NCBI GenBank assembly: GCA_051294375.1
Contig: CM119264.1
Span: 25,422,051 to 25,486,050, forward strand
Length of the DNA: 64,000 bases
Reading direction: 5' to 3'
Origin: Paraspadella gotoi
Taxonomy: Eukaryota; Animalia; Chaetognatha
Below the pieces are notes generated by a model. The model searched no databases, was not told the origin of the DNA, and was given only the letters and a program-made list of their open reading frames with translations. Positions within the stretch are counted from its first letter, which is position 1, and each line of letters begins with the position of its first letter. Below, in pieces: positions 25,201-39,481 of the stretch. Position numbers and translations under genes: made by a program.

Positions 25201-26733
25201 GTCAGTCGCGCTTACCCTTTTCGTGCGAGGTTTTGAGGGATAAGCGGGGGCGGGTGGAGAGGAGGTGATGGGTGTAATAGGAGGGATGGGTGGGTAGAGG
25301 GGGCGTGGGGGGAGGGACAGAACACCCGACGGAGTTAAGTGGATGAAAATCTGCTTTTTTTTTTCAGTCGCGCAAGAGTATTTCTGTCTGTCCATCTCTC
25401 TATCGCGTTTACGTTTCGTGTAATAATGATTAATTTAATTTACTACTTTGGAGAGACGTCAGGGATCATAAAACACTTGTGCATATGATTCATACCTGTG
25501 TAGTCACGTGATCATATAGAAATGCGCGCGCACAAGAGAGTCACTGCGGCGCAACATCTAGAATTTGCTGGTTCCTGTTCTGGCACGCCTTACCAAAACG
25601 TTAACTGTGAAGAGCCCCGTAAAAGCTAATTATACATACTTTCGTCTGCAAGTATTTACTTTGCTTATGTTCTTAAACTTGAGTCTGGCGAAAGAGAAAG
25701 AGCTCAAGAGATAAAGAAGTGTTTGTCCGACCGACTTTCGTTTTACCCAGAACGTGATTCGCCGATAATGAATGAGCTCTAATGAGAGTGGATTTTATGG
25801 TAACGAATGGTTTTTCAACTGGAGACCGCAAGTTTTTCCGAGAATGAATTTTCACTAGAGCATTTATCGCGTTTAACGAAAACGGATTTTCCTAGAATTT
25901 ATTTCGTTTTAAAGCGGGGAACGCCTACGAACAACGGACTACTTAATTTTTTTTTTACTTCGAGGGGGAAAATGCCTCAATTTGATCGTTAGGTTCCCCT
26001 CGGTTTTTAGTTGCGCCGGGNNNNNNNNNNNNNNNNNNNNNNNNNNNNNNNNNNNNNNNNNNNNNNNNNNNNNNNNNNNNNNNNNNNNNNNNNNNNNNNN
26101 NNNNNNNNNNNNNNNNNNNNNNNNNNNNNNNNNNNNNNNNNNNNNNNNNNNNNNNNNNNNNNNNNNNNNNNNNNNNNNNNNNNNNNNNNNNNNNNNNNNN
26201 NNNNNNNNNNNNNNNNNNNNNNNNNNNNNNNNNNNNNNNNNNNNNNNNNNNNNNNNNNNNNNNNNNNNNAGAAAATTATTGTAGTCATGTTGTCATGTTA
26301 TGTCACGTCATATCACGTCATGTCATGTCTTGTAATGTCATATCATAAGAAATACACGTGATAAGGCAGTCACTGCGGCGCAACACGTTTGAATTACCGT
26401 TCTTTTTTTATCGTTTTTCCTGTTCCTTTGTTGACCGGTCTTAGTGTCTCACGACATAGTGTTTTTTTCCAGATATTCTAATTAGGGAACACCGTGACCT
26501 TATTTCGTTCTCTATCTCATTTCAGCTCATCCAAGAACCCATTAAGCGAGTCAAATTTCTAGCCAGATTTCGAAACCCCCCCTCCCCTCTGCCAGCTATC
26601 CAATCGAAATCCCAGCTTAAATTCTTCATCAAGGCTAAAGCAGTTCTCTCTCTTTTTTTTTTCTCATCCCTCCTCTTCTTCGATGCAAGGAAAAAAGTCT
26701 CTCTCTCATCTCTCTCATCTCTCTCGTCTCGTC

Positions 26734-26764
<31 letters not shown>

Positions 26765-27041
26765 CCCCACCCCTTTTGCGCCCTTCATTTCACGCTGGCG
26801 TTTGACCATTCTCGAATGGAGAACTGGAATAAATAAATCGCATGGCAGTGCATGGGCGATGAGAAGTAGACGGTAAGACTGCGGGGCTAGAGAGCGAGGA
26901 AGAGTGGAGAGAGATGAGAGAGAGAGAGAGAGAGACGAGAGAGATTGAGAGGAGAGAGAGAGAGAGGAAGAGAAGAGAAAGGACCGCGCGAGTTTGCAGG
27001 AATAATTCCTGTTTTGTTTTTTTTTCAATTGCCGATCTCAG

Positions 27042-30000
27042 GTTCCGTCCGACGATTTCATAATTTGGAGGCCGGAAGCGACGAGGACGTCCAAGATAAC
27101 GTCGTTGCAACTGGAGAGTATTTCGGGAGACGACACGACCGACGACGACGACGGACGACACGGACGCCCAAATTATGACGGGAACGGTTATGATCAGTTC
27201 CAGGTGAGAGTGGAATGTGATGTTGTCGACCCTTCACTGAGGCTGAAGTGGAATGATGTTGATGACCAGTTCATGGTCGAGGTAGACATTGAATGATGAT
27301 GATGATTAGTCGGAAGTAGGCTATTGTTTTATCTTTAGCATCCATTAGAAAGTTTTGAAAATGAATTTCAACACGATTTTATTTATAATTAAAAAACGGA
27401 CATGTTTCGCTTAACTACAAGCCTTCATCAGCATTAAAAAAAGTTAGTTACTTTGGAAAAAATTATGTGCAAAATCGTTGTTGAAAATTCATTTCAAACT
27501 TTATCTATTATAATTATTACCCAACGAAAAGAAAGGATTATCACAAATTTTAGGCATCAAAATGCATGAGAAACTGACCGATAAAAGTTTAATGGAGGTC
27601 ATTAATTCATTGCTAGAATTTAGACACGCGACATTAACCATTAACCTATGAACTCATCTTGCGGATGTCCTCTCTCAGAACAACGACGGCACGTCGTCAC
27701 CGCCGTCAGAAAAACTCGAGGCTCTCTTACAAAAATCCGCTGAGAGTATGGAGAAGGGAAAGATGCGAAGGAAGAACCGCCCGCTTCCACGGAGAACGGC
27801 CTCGACCCCTGGTCCCGGACTCGGTCAATCCCGGAGCCGCATACACGAGATTGTCGATGGGTGACGAAAATTCTGGAACCAAGACGCATTTTGACTTTTG
27901 GAGACGACGGCACGGCCTTTCTCGATCTCAATGTCCATGGAACAATTGCGTCATCACCAAGAATTGGAGCAGGTTCCGATTTCTGAGAAATGCGACTTGA
28001 ATATGAATATAATCTCACTTTTGAGAATTTGTGTCTGGGGAAAAATAAAAGAACATGAATAAATTTACAGCACGTAGTGAAATAAAGGAAATCTAAAAAA
28101 AAAAACCAACTAATTTGAAAATACAAGCATCGTATTTACTAATTGAGCTATATTCCCCAACCCTTATCTCCTCCTCGGCTCGAAAGACTTTCCCGAGCGC
28201 TTTCCAAAGCCGCCATGTTCCACATACCATCGACATGCAGGGCCGCACCGCAGAGTGGGAAGCTTGTCGGAGCGCCGCGGGCGACTTCAATCCTCATGCA
28301 AAAGTGGATCTACTTTCAACTTGGAAGCCCCCGACCCATCGTGGAGAAATTCCTTTATGGGACCAGGAGTTGAAGAGCGGTGAGTTGCTTTTCTTGTTTT
28401 TAATGTTTCGATGTTTTACTTATTTTAAATTAAAACGGGCCATTTAAGCGTGTTGTTGTTATTTCTCGAAGGAATGTGGAAAGTCGAGCTTAGAAAAGGA
28501 TAGAAAATGACTGGCAAAGAAGGATTGATTAAAAAAAAATAATAAGAGAATAAGTTACTCTGTATAGAAGGAATCATTGCATGTTATTTTTTTATAGTTT
28601 TTAAATTTTGAACTTTTGATGGACGGCTTAATTTCCTCTCTTATTCTTCTCTTTTTCTCTCTCTTTTTCCTTAGATATCTCAACACGACTCCTTCTTCAA
28701 CTGGACATGACCTACTCGCCTTCGTCTGACGTCCCCGCTCCAGCGGGTCCGCCTGGGTACCTCATCGGAGTTCGACGAAAACTTCCCATTGTATCCGCAG
28801 AAATTACGACCACAAGACGAAAGATGGTTCGCTTGGTTCGCCTTCAACTGCAAGACGGAACATTCTTCGGGAAAAAGTGTTTGGTGGAAAATCTCCAGTG
28901 AAGTCTCGCCCCAGGAATTTTAGAGATTTGCGCGGCTTTAAGGATTTGGAGATTTTAGGATTATTTTTTTTGTGATTTTTTTTATTTAACTTTATTTGAT
29001 ACGATTGAGTTGAACAAATTCAAATTTTTACGAAATAATAAAATTATAATTTAAAAAAGAAAATGCATATAATATAAGATGGCGGAATGTTTGACAATTT
29101 TTAATGTTTATTTAACAGTTAGTTCTACTAACACATCGCCATTTTCAGCTTTACCTCGAGGTTGACAATCTACGGGCCTTGCGCGCACGCTCAGCTGTCA
29201 AATGAGATCATTTTGGACAAACAGACGCAGACAATTGCTCGTCTCGATGCTCGGACATAACCGTACAGATTCTACCTTGGCGCTCGACGATTTCGGTAAG
29301 GAAAATAAATACTATTCTTTTTTATTAGCGGTCAAATCACTTAAATGATGACAGAAAAAAGAATTAAAAAAAAACAGCGAATAACGTCAATAAATCGACA
29401 AATGATCAATCATAATAAAAAATTCATTCATTCAGTCAATAACTTTTCTCAGCTAACTGCGACGATTACAGTTTCCAGGAAATTCTATCCGCAACCTCGA
29501 TCACGCCGCGTCCGTCCCGATCGTCCTCGTGCGGCGGAAAGTACCTTCGGCGACCGCTCCTCCTCATTCTTACATCAACGTGACGATTTTCAAAACTCCG
29601 AGGCTTGGCCAGGTTAGAATAGAGGGGGAGGGAAGCCGGGTTAGCAGGGCGCTGAGGAGGTTAGGCGGAAAAGTGGCTAGTTTGGCTTCTTGGATTGTAA
29701 TGGACGGATTGATCATAAAAGATTGAATATAGCGAATAGTGAAGAGCAAAAGTTTTTCTTTTTTTTTTTTTTTTTTAAGTAGCTGATTTGCCAAGTGAGG
29801 CTGAAATGTTCGGAGAATTGAAAATCTCTTTTTGAAATATTGCGCATTCATGTTTTGTGTTCGAAAACCCATAATTTTGAAATTTGGTCTCCTTTTGCCC
29901 CACTCCTTCCCCCGCTTCCCACAGTTACCTGATTTACCTCAACCGAAACGCGACACGGCCTAGCGCCGAGTTACCACGCCTGGCCGCTGGGACTTTAATT

Positions 30001-30187
30001 ACGTGGGCAATTTGCTCGACCCAAATCTGAGGCTGCAAGTCCTAGCTGCGACCAGTGGCTCTGGCAACGCTGTGCCGCAAGTCTGGTGGAGCGAGAGAGA
30101 AGGAGATGAAGAGAGCAGGGGACGAGGTTGTCAGGAATGGAACTTTCGAAGCGGATTGTGAGAAAGAAGGATTACGGACTCTTTTGA
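27042..30187 (+). CDS. Alpha-1,3-fucosyltransferase (GT10) catalytic exons, copy A, with many indels
   Basis: Same seven exons as copy B, e.g. CPWNNCVITKNWSR at ~27933-27972, QKWIYF at ~28299, and PPHSYINV at ~29558. Confidence 0.85.
27395..27435 (-). ncRNA. Minimal type I hammerhead motif in a fucosyltransferase intron (antisense), inside an imperfect palindrome ~27345-27507; second copy 31936-31974
   Basis: Consensus of the two copies on the minus strand: AATG-CTGATGA-a-GGCTT-gtgtt-AAGCC-GAAA-CATGTC-CGTT. Stem I AAUG/CGUU, stem II GGCUU/AAGCC, palindromic helix III, GUC site. Each individual copy carries small indels. Confidence 0.6.
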
Positions 30188-30957
30188 GGAGATGGGGGAT
30201 GAAGAAGCCAAAAAGATATTGCGTATTCTCGAATGCAAAGGAAACTTGGAAATTACACAAGGACCCATTTACGTTTAGGGACCTTTTGGTTTACTGGCCT
30301 CAACGCGTTTTTGATTTTTTTTCCCTCGATTTACTATGATTTTTATTTATCGAATGCCATAGCAATGTTTTTAATTTTAACGATTTATATTTAAAAGTAT
30401 TGAGTTCATTGCAATATGAATCTAGAAGTACTTTTTATCATTCCTACATGAAATATTTTACTTGATTTTTATAACGAGAAGCGGCCTAAATTTCTTTACT
30501 TTTCCATTACCAATTCAAATCAAATGCAGTATGTAAACAAAAATTAATTACTTAATCAACTAGTTTTCAAAAATTTCGGCAATTCGAAGGTTTCTATTTT
30601 GGAGTATTATTTACTTTTAACAACTGTATAAGTTATTACAAATTCGCGTTTTCGCTGAATGAACTTCCACTTTTTTATTTTTTTATTCCTCGTATTTCTC
30701 ACTCCAGTCCTTTTGAAATGAGATGTGTTTGTCACTTGTGAAATTCAACTGCGGAATATTCAAAATAAAATTAATTCTCCAATCTTTTTGTTTTTGACGC
30801 CCAAAATCACCGTCGGAAGTTCTCTTCCCTTCTTTTAGTTTTTTGGGGAAAAAAAAGAATTCGCGAGGCCAGATATTTACGATTTTTCCCTCCGAATTCC
30901 CTCGTCGGGGACGAGAGCGAAATTATTTCAAATTTTACTCGCGCCCCGAAATATCCT

Positions 30958-31002
<45 letters not shown>

Positions 31003-31018
31003 GTCTCTCTCTCTCTCA

Positions 31019-31053
<35 letters not shown>

Positions 31054-31612
31054 CTGTCTCGTACTCAAACCCTTGGACCTGGATTGAAGGTGACGAATGA
31101 GACTGGAAAATTGTTTTTGAAAAGAAAAATCTCGATCTTAATGGTGCGTTCGAAAAAAAAAAGAAAAAAGAAGAAAAGAAGGAAATAACAAATAGAGGAA
31201 GGAGGAAAGAATGAAAAAAGAAAAAAGAAATAGAAAAGATTTAAAAAAGAACAAATAAAGAAAAATTTTTCTAATAATTATATATAATGAATATCTATAG
31301 GCAGTTAATTAGCTGTAAAATGTTGGATTGATATTTGCTTTCGCTTGGTCCCAAGTTGGGATTGGTTTCAGAAAAACTTTCTATTGTTTAAACTTGATAT
31401 CAGAGAGAAGGAAGAGAGAGAGAGAGAGAGAAGAGAGAGAGGAGAGAGACAGAGAGACGAGAGAACAGAGATTTTAGAAACTCATTGTGTGTTAATATTA
31501 GCAATTGTTACTTTATTAGTGCATTTATACTGCGATTTTATCTTTAGGTTTTTGAGAAATCTATCTCTCTCACANNNNNNNNNNNNNNNNNNNNNNNNNA
31601 ATTCGATCTCAG

Positions 31613-34571
31613 GATTCCGTCCGACGATTTTATTTGGGAGGCGGGAAGCGACGAGGACGTCCAAGATAACGTCGTTGCAACTGGAGAGTATTTCGGAGAC
31701 GACGACGACGACGGACGCCCAATATGACGAGGAACGTTATGATCAGTTCCAGGTGAGAGTGGAATGTGATGTTGTCGACCCGTTCCGAGGCTGAAGTGGA
31801 ATGATGTTGATGACCAGTTCATGGTCGAGGTAGAATTGATGATGATGATGATTAGTCGGAGTAGGCATTGTTTTATCTTTAGCATCATTAGAAAGTTTTG
31901 AAATAATTTTCAACACGATTTTATTTATAATAAAAAACGGAATGTTTCGGCTTAACACAAGCTTCATCAGCATTAAAAAAGTTAGTGAATTTGAAAAAAA
32001 ATTATGTGCATAAATCGTGTTGAAAATTCATTTCAACTTTTCTAATAATATTACCAACGAAAAGAAAGGTTATACACAATCTTTTAGCAATCAAAAATGC
32101 ATGAGAACTGACCGAATAAAAGTTTATGGAGGTCATTAAGTTCATTGCTAGAATTTAGACGCGACATTAACATTAACCTATTAACTCATTTGGGATGTCC
32201 TCTCTCAGAACAACGACGGCGACGTCGTCACCGCCGTCAGAAAACTCGAGGCTCTCTTACAAAAATCCGCTGAGAGTATGGAGAAGGAAGATGCGAAGGA
32301 AGAACGCCCGCTTCCACGGAGACGCCTCGACCCCGGTCCCGGACTCGGTCATCCCGGAGCGCATACACGAGATTGTGTGGGTGACGAAATTCTGGAACCA
32401 AGACGCATTTTGACTTTGGAGACGGACGACGGCCTTTCCTCGATCTCAAATGTCCATGGAACAATTGCGTCATCACCAAGAATTGGAGCAGGTTTTTCCA
32501 TTTCTGAGAAATGCGACTTGAATATGAATATAATCCTCCCTTTTGAGAATTTGATGTCTGGGAAAAATCAAATGAAATGAATAAATTTACAGCGACGTAG
32601 TGAATAAAAGGAAATCTAAAAAAAAAACCAACTAATTTGGGAAAATACAAGCATTGTATTACTAATTGAGCTATATTCCCCAACCCTGATCTCCTCTCGG
32701 CCTCGAAGACTTCCCGACGCTTCCGCCGCCATGTTCCACTACCTCGACATGCAGGGCCGCACCGCAGAGTGGCGGAAGTTGTCGGAGCGCCGCGGCGACT
32801 TCAATCCTCTGCAAAAGTGGATCTACTTCAACTTGGAGCCCCCGACCATCGTGGAGAAATTCTTTTGGGACCAGGAGTTGAAGAGCGTGAGTTGCTTTTT
32901 CTTGTTTTTAAATGTTTCGATGTTTACTTATTTTAAATTAAAACGGGCCATTTAGCGTTGTTGTTGTTATTGTCGAAGGAATGTGGAGTCGAGCTTAGAA
33001 AAGGATAGAAAATGACTGGCAAAGAAGGATTGATTAAAAAAAATAATAGAGATAAGTTAAACTCTGTAAGAAGGAATCATGCATGTTATTTTTTTATAGT
33101 TTTTAATTTTGAATTTTGATGACGCTAATTTCCTCTCTTATTTCTTCTCTTTTTCTCTCTTCTTTTTTCCTTTAGTATCTCAACACGACTCCTTTCTTCA
33201 ACTGGACCATGACCTACTCGCTCTCGTCTGACGTCCCCGCTCCAGCGGGTCCGCCCTGGTACCTCATGGAGTTCGACGAAAACTTCCCCATGTATCCGCA
33301 GAAATACGACCACAAGACGAAGATGGTCGCTTGGTTCGCCTTTCACTGCAAGACGGACATTCATCGGGAAAAGTTGGTGGAAAATCTCCAGTGAGTCTCG
33401 CCCCAGGATTTAGAGATTTGCGCCTTTTAAGGATTTGGAGATTTTAGGATATCTTTTTTTGATTTTTTTTTATTTAACATTTATTTTTCGATATTTATAA
33501 TTAGAAAAGAATTGATGCCGGAATGTTTGACAGTTTTAATGTTTATTTAAACAGTTGAGTGTCCTACTAACACATCGGCATTTTTAGGCTTTACCTCGAG
33601 GTTGACATCTACGGGCCTTGCGGCACGCTCAGCTGCAAAGGATCATTGGACAAACAGACGGACAATTGCGTCTCGATGCTCGGACATACGTACAAATTCT
33701 ACTTGGCGCTCGAGAATTCGTAAGGAAAATAAATACTATTCTTTTTATTAGCGGTCAAATCACTTAATGATGACAGAAAAAAAGAATTAAAAAAAACAAC
33801 GAATAACTCAATAAATCGACAAATTGATCAATCATTAAATCATTCATTCAGTCAATAACTTTTCTCAGCTACTGCGACGATTACATTTCCGAGAAATTCT
33901 ACCGCAACCTCTATCACGCCGACGTCGTCCCGATCGTCCTCGGCGGCGGAAACTACCTTCGCGACGCTCCTCCTCATTCTTACATCAACGTCGACGATTT
34001 TCAAAACGTCGAGGCTTTGGCCAGGTTAGAATAGAGGGGGGGGGGAAGCCGGGTAGAGGGCGCTGGGAGGTTAGGCGGGAAAAGTGGCTAGTTTGGCTTC
34101 TGGGATTGGAATGGACGATTGATCATAAAGTGAATATAGCGAATAGTGAAGGCAAAAGTTTTTCTTTTTTTTTAAATTTTTTTAAGTAGCGATTTGCCAA
34201 GTGAGCTGAAATGTTCGGAGAATGAAAATCTTCTTTTTTGAATATTGCGCTATTCATGTTTTTGTCGAAAACCTATAATTTGAATTTGTCTCCTTTTGCC
34301 CCACTCCTTCCCCGCTTCCCACAGTTACCTGATTTACCTCAACCGAAACGCGACGGCCTACGCCGAGTACCACGCCTGGCGCTGGGACTTTAATTACGTG
34401 GGCAATTTGCTCGACCCAAATCTGAGGCTGCAGTCCTGCTGCGACCAGTGGCTCTGCACGCTGTGCCGCAGTCTGGTGGAGCGAGAGAAGGAGATGAAGA
34501 GACGGGACGAGGTTGTGCGGGAATGGACTTCGAAGCGGATGTGTGAGAAGAAGGATTACGGACTCTTTTGA
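31613..34571 (+). CDS. Alpha-1,3-fucosyltransferase (GT10), cleanest copy B; exons ~31613-31752, 32209-32491, 32709-32886, 33176-33390, 33588-33719, 33869-34024, 34325-34571
   Basis: GT..AG-bounded exons encode EIVWVTKFWNQDAF..CPWNNCVITKNWSR, LPDASAAMFH..QKWIYFNLEPP, FFNWTMTYSLSSDVPAP, KTKMVAWFAFHCKTDIHRE, LEVDIYGPCG, and the alpha-1,3-FucT motif YKFYLALENS-YCDDYISEKF..VVPIVLGGGNY..APPHSYINVDDF..LARYLIYLNRNATAYAEYHAWR..LCTLC. A few single-base indels remain. Confidence 0.93.
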
Positions 34572-35440
34572 GGAGATGGGGGGAAGGAAGGCCAAGATAT
34601 TGCGTTATTCTGAATGCAGGAAAACTTGGAAAGTAACACAAGGGAGCCATTTACGTTTAGGGACCTTTTGGTTTACTGGCCTCACGCGTTTTTGATTTTT
34701 TTTCCCTCGATTTACTATTAATTTTTATTTATCGGAATGCCATGAATTTTTAAATTTAACGATTTGATATTTAAAAGTATTGAGTTCATTGCAATATGAA
34801 CTAGAGTACTTTTTATCATTCCTACATGAAATATTTTACTGATTTTATACGAGAGGGCCTAATTTTTTCATACCAATTCAAATCAAATGCAGTATGTAAA
34901 CAAAATTAATTACTAATCAACTAGTTTTCAAAAATTTCGCATTCGAAGTTTCTTTTTGGAGTATTATTACTTTAACAACTGAATAAGTTATTACCAAATT
35001 CCGTTTTCGCTTGAATGAACTCCAACTTTTTATTTTTTTTTATTCCTCGTATTCTCACTCCAGTCCTTTTGAAATGAATTTTGTCACTTTGAAATTCAAC
35101 TGGGAATATTTCAAAATAAAATTAATCTCTCCAATCTCTTTTGTTTTGACGCCCAAAATCACCGTCGAGTTCTCTTTCCTTCTTTTAGTTTTTTTGGGAA
35201 AAAAAAAAGAAAAGAAAAAGAAAGAAGGAAATAAAAATAGAGGAAAGGAGGAAAGAATGAAAAAAAGAAAGAAAGAAAGAGAACGATTTTAAAAAAGAAA
35301 AAAAAAGTAAAACATTTTTTTTATAATAATGCAATAATATCTATAGGAGTTAATTAGCTGTAAAATGTTGGATGATATTTGCTTTGCGCTTGGGTCCCAA
35401 GTTGGGATTGGTTTCAGCAAAACTTTCTATGTTTAAACTC

Positions 35441-35494
<54 letters not shown>

Positions 35495-36151
35495 CAGAGA
35501 TTTAGAAACTCATTGTGTTAATATTAGCCAATGTTTACTTTATTAGTGATTATACTGCGATTTTATCTTTTAGGTTTTTGAGAAATTCTTCCCTTTTCTG
35601 CCAGCGAATTTGCTCAATGAACCGTGTTTAGAAAAAAAAACTTGGGGGGGGGGAAATTTTAACTTCCTTTTTTTTTCTTCCTTCCCCCCAAAAAAACTAA
35701 TCCAAACTCGTTAACTTAACGAGAATTTAACTTAAATAATTAACTCCGCCTCCAAAGGCAAAGTTTTGACAAATCAGCAACTTTTAACCTCTTAATGTTT
35801 TCTGTTTTATTTTAGTTTTACGAAAATATAAAATTAAAACAAAATCTTTTGACGCCGTTCGCTGCCGAGATTCTACAAGCGAATTCCTTGTTATTCTCCT
35901 TCTCCTCTCGTCTTACAAATCCTCGCTCCCCCTCCCTAAGGATTTACCCGGGACGATCCTCTTCCGCCCCCCCCTAGGTCCCCGTTCCCATCGGATCGAA
36001 AGAATTTCCTTTTTCTTTCTCTTTTTTCACTATTTTCTCTCTTTATGTATATTGTTTCTCGCTACTCAAGCGAAAAGAGACGTTTCCTTCCAGAAATAGG
36101 GTGAATCTCTCTCTCTTCTCTCTCTCTCTCTTTCTCTCTTCTCTCTCTTCT

Positions 36152-36188
<37 letters not shown>

Positions 36189-36449
36189 CTCCACATCCCT
36201 ACTCTCAGTTAAATATTTTTTTTACTCCGATTTATTTGCTTTTTCTATTTCCCTACGAATGAGTTTGTTGTTTGTGTCTCTCTGACTTGAATTTTAGGAT
36301 TTTGTTTTTTATTGTTTCTTTTTCTGAGCGAAATTATTTTCAGACTTTATTTCTAATGGGAAATTCGTTGATTGCCTTGAAAAATCGGGGCAGAGATTAA
36401 TAATCCTTTTTGCTGGAATCTTTCTTCTGTTTTTTTTCTCTCTCTTAAA

Positions 36450-36506
<57 letters not shown>

Positions 36507-37972
36507 CTGAATCTCATCCTAAACTCGTTTTCTCCGCCGACAATCATCGACCTCAAAATAGTTGTTGTTATTGTGGTTGTTGTTGTTGTTTTATTTTTAA
36601 GAACATAAATAATAAGACTAAATTAAAGTTAATATCAAATATGGATTTAAACTGATGTTTTTTAGTACTGTGACTTTCTCTCTACTGAGTTATAGAAGTC
36701 CAAACTGGATAATCGCTCACTGATCAAACTTACGGTGAAGGTATGCGGGCTGTAACCCGGAAACTACTTTTTTTTTAAAAATCTGTGTTTTTTATTTTTT
36801 TTATGAATTTTGTCCTAAAAACCTTAGTTCTTGGGGAACTTTTTTGATCGACGGTTTTGATATCCGAACTTAAGTCTTTTTCTATTAGCATTTTGACATT
36901 TAAGAGAAGTTCACTGATTGATTATCTGACTTCAAAAGAAAAGCAAATTCTTTGAAGAAATATTCATCCAAAAATATTTAAAAATTTAACAAATTTGGAT
37001 TATAAGTATTATTATAAGTTATAATATTGAGAACTTTAACCTCATATACTTTCATACTAGAAAATCCCGCAATAAAAAGACTTAAAACCGACATTCACTA
37101 ATCCGAAAGGATTTTTTTTTTTGATCGACTTTTCTCCATCCAAACTTTTTTTTCTCTTCGCGACTTTAATCTTCGCAGTTTATTNNNNNNNNNNNNNNNN
37201 NNNNNNNNNGGGGAGGAAGTTTAAGTGGGGTGTCGGGGTTGGGCATGGCGGGCAGGGAGGGGCAAAGAGGGCAGGGGGCAGGGCGGCAAGGATGGAAAAT
37301 AAACTTGCGAAGATTAAAGTCGCGAAGAGAAAAAAAAAGTTTGGATGGAGAAAAGTCGATAAAAAAAAAATCCTTTCGGATTAGTGAATGTCGGTTTTAA
37401 GTCTTTTATTGCGGGATTTTCTAGTATGAAAGTATATGAGGTTAAAGTTCTTAATATTATAACTTATATAATACTTATAATCCAAATTTGTTAAAATTTT
37501 TAAAATTTTTTGGATGAATAATTTCTCCAAAGAATTTGTTTTCTTTTGAGTCAGATAATCAATCAGTGAACTTCTCTTAAATGTCAAATGCTAATAGAAA
37601 AGACTTAAGTTCGGATATCAAAAACCGTCGATCAAAAAAAGTTCCCAAGAACTAAGGTTTTTAGGACAAAATTCATAAAAAAAATAAAAACACAGATTTT
37701 TAAAAAAAGTAGTTTCCGGGTTACAGCCCGGCATACCTTCACCGTAAGTTTGATCAGTGAGCGATTATCCAGTTTGGATTCTATAACTCAGTAGAGAGAA
37801 AGTCACAGTCTAAAAAAACATCAGTTAAAATCCATATTTGATATTAACTTTAATTTAGTCTTATTATTTATGTTCTTAAAAATATAAACAACAACAACAA
37901 CCACAATAACAACAACTATTTTGAGGTCGATGATTTTCGGCGGAGAAAACAAGTTTAGGATGAGATTCAGAT

Positions 37973-38018
<46 letters not shown>

Positions 38019-38284
38019 TTTAAAGAGAGAGAAAAAAAACAGAAGAAGATTCGCAAGCAAAAAGGATTATTAATCTGCTGCCCCGATTTTAAAGGCAATC
38101 AAACGAATTTCCCATTAGAAATAAAGTCTGAAAAATAATTTCGCTCAGAAAAGAAACAAAAAAAAAAATTCCTAAAATTCAAGTCAGAGAGACACAACAA
38201 ACAAACTCATTCGTGGGGAAATAGAAAAGCAAATAAATCGGGTAAAAAAATATTTAACTGAGAGTAGGGATGTGGAGAGAGAGA

Positions 38285-38356
<72 letters not shown>

Positions 38357-39407
38357 ATTCACCCTATTTCTGGAAGGAAACGTCTCTTTTCGCTTGAGTA
38401 GCGAGAACAATTATACATAAAGAGAGAAAATAGTGAAAAAAGAGAAAGAAAAAGGAAATTCTTTCGATCCGATGGGAACGGGGACCTAGGGGGGGGCGGA
38501 AGAGGATCGTCCCGGTAATCCTTAGGGAGGGGGGCGAGGATTTGTAAGACGAGAGGAGAAGGAGAATAACAAGGAATTCCGCTGTAGAATCTCGGCAGCG
38601 AAACGGCGTCAAAAGATTTTGTTTTAATTTTATATTTCGTAAAACTAAAATAAAACAGAAAACATTAAGAGGTTAAAAAGTTGCTGATTTGTCAAAACTT
38701 TGCCTTTGGAGGCGGAGTTAATTATTTAAGTTAAATTCTCGTTAAGTTAACGAGTTTGGATTAGTTTTTTTTGGGGGGAAGAAGAAAAAAAAGGAAGTAA
38801 ATTTAAATTTCCCCCCCCACCAAAGTTTTTTTTTCTAAACACGGTTCATTGAGCAAATTCGCTGGCAGAAAAAGGGAAGAATTTCTCAAAAACCTAAAAG
38901 ATAAAATCGCAGTAATAATCACTAATAAAGTAAACATTGGCTAATATTAACACATGAGTTTTCTAAATTTCTGTCTCTGTCTCTTCTCTCTCTCTCTCTC
39001 TCTTCTCTCTCGTTCTCTCTCTCTCTCTCTCTCTCTCCTCTCGATATCACAGTTTAAACATAGAAGTTTTCTCAAACCAATCCCAACTTGGGACCCAAGC
39101 GAAAAGCAAATATCATCCACATTTTACAGCTAATTAACTCCTATAGATATTATTATTATTATAAAAATTATTTTTTTTTATTTGTTTTTTTTTTAATTCT
39201 TTCTCTTCTTTGTTTCTTTTTTTCATTCTTTCCTCCTTTCCTCTATTTTTTTCTCTTTTTTCTTTTTCTTTTCTTTTTTTTTTTTTTTTTCGAACAGCCC
39301 CATAATCGAGATTTTCTTCAAACAATTTTTCCAGTCCTCATTCGTCACCTTCAATCCCAGGTTCCAAGGGATGAGTACGAGACAGAAAGAGAGAGAGGAG
39401 AGGAGAG

Positions 39408-39481
<74 letters not shown>

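Larger units (their letters stand above)
5990..26020. repeat. Direct duplication: ~5990-17285 (containing the HINE insertion) repeated at ~17391-26020, joined across a 25-N gap (17366-17390)
   Basis: Colinear near-identical sequence differing mostly by 1-bp indels, e.g. 8595 vs 17439 ggaggaaaaagcagatgtaaagg and 17250 vs 25989 ttaggttcccctcgg. Confidence 0.95.
27030..35590. repeat. Direct duplication: ~27030-31560 repeated at ~31600-35590 across a 25-N gap (31575-31599)
   Basis: Colinear exons and introns; differences are mainly indels. Confidence 0.95.

Noticed and set aside
37210-37296. G-rich stretch with G-quadruplex potential at the palindrome centre
   Set aside because: It abuts a gap, has no counterpart in the other arm, and is probably a low-quality read end.
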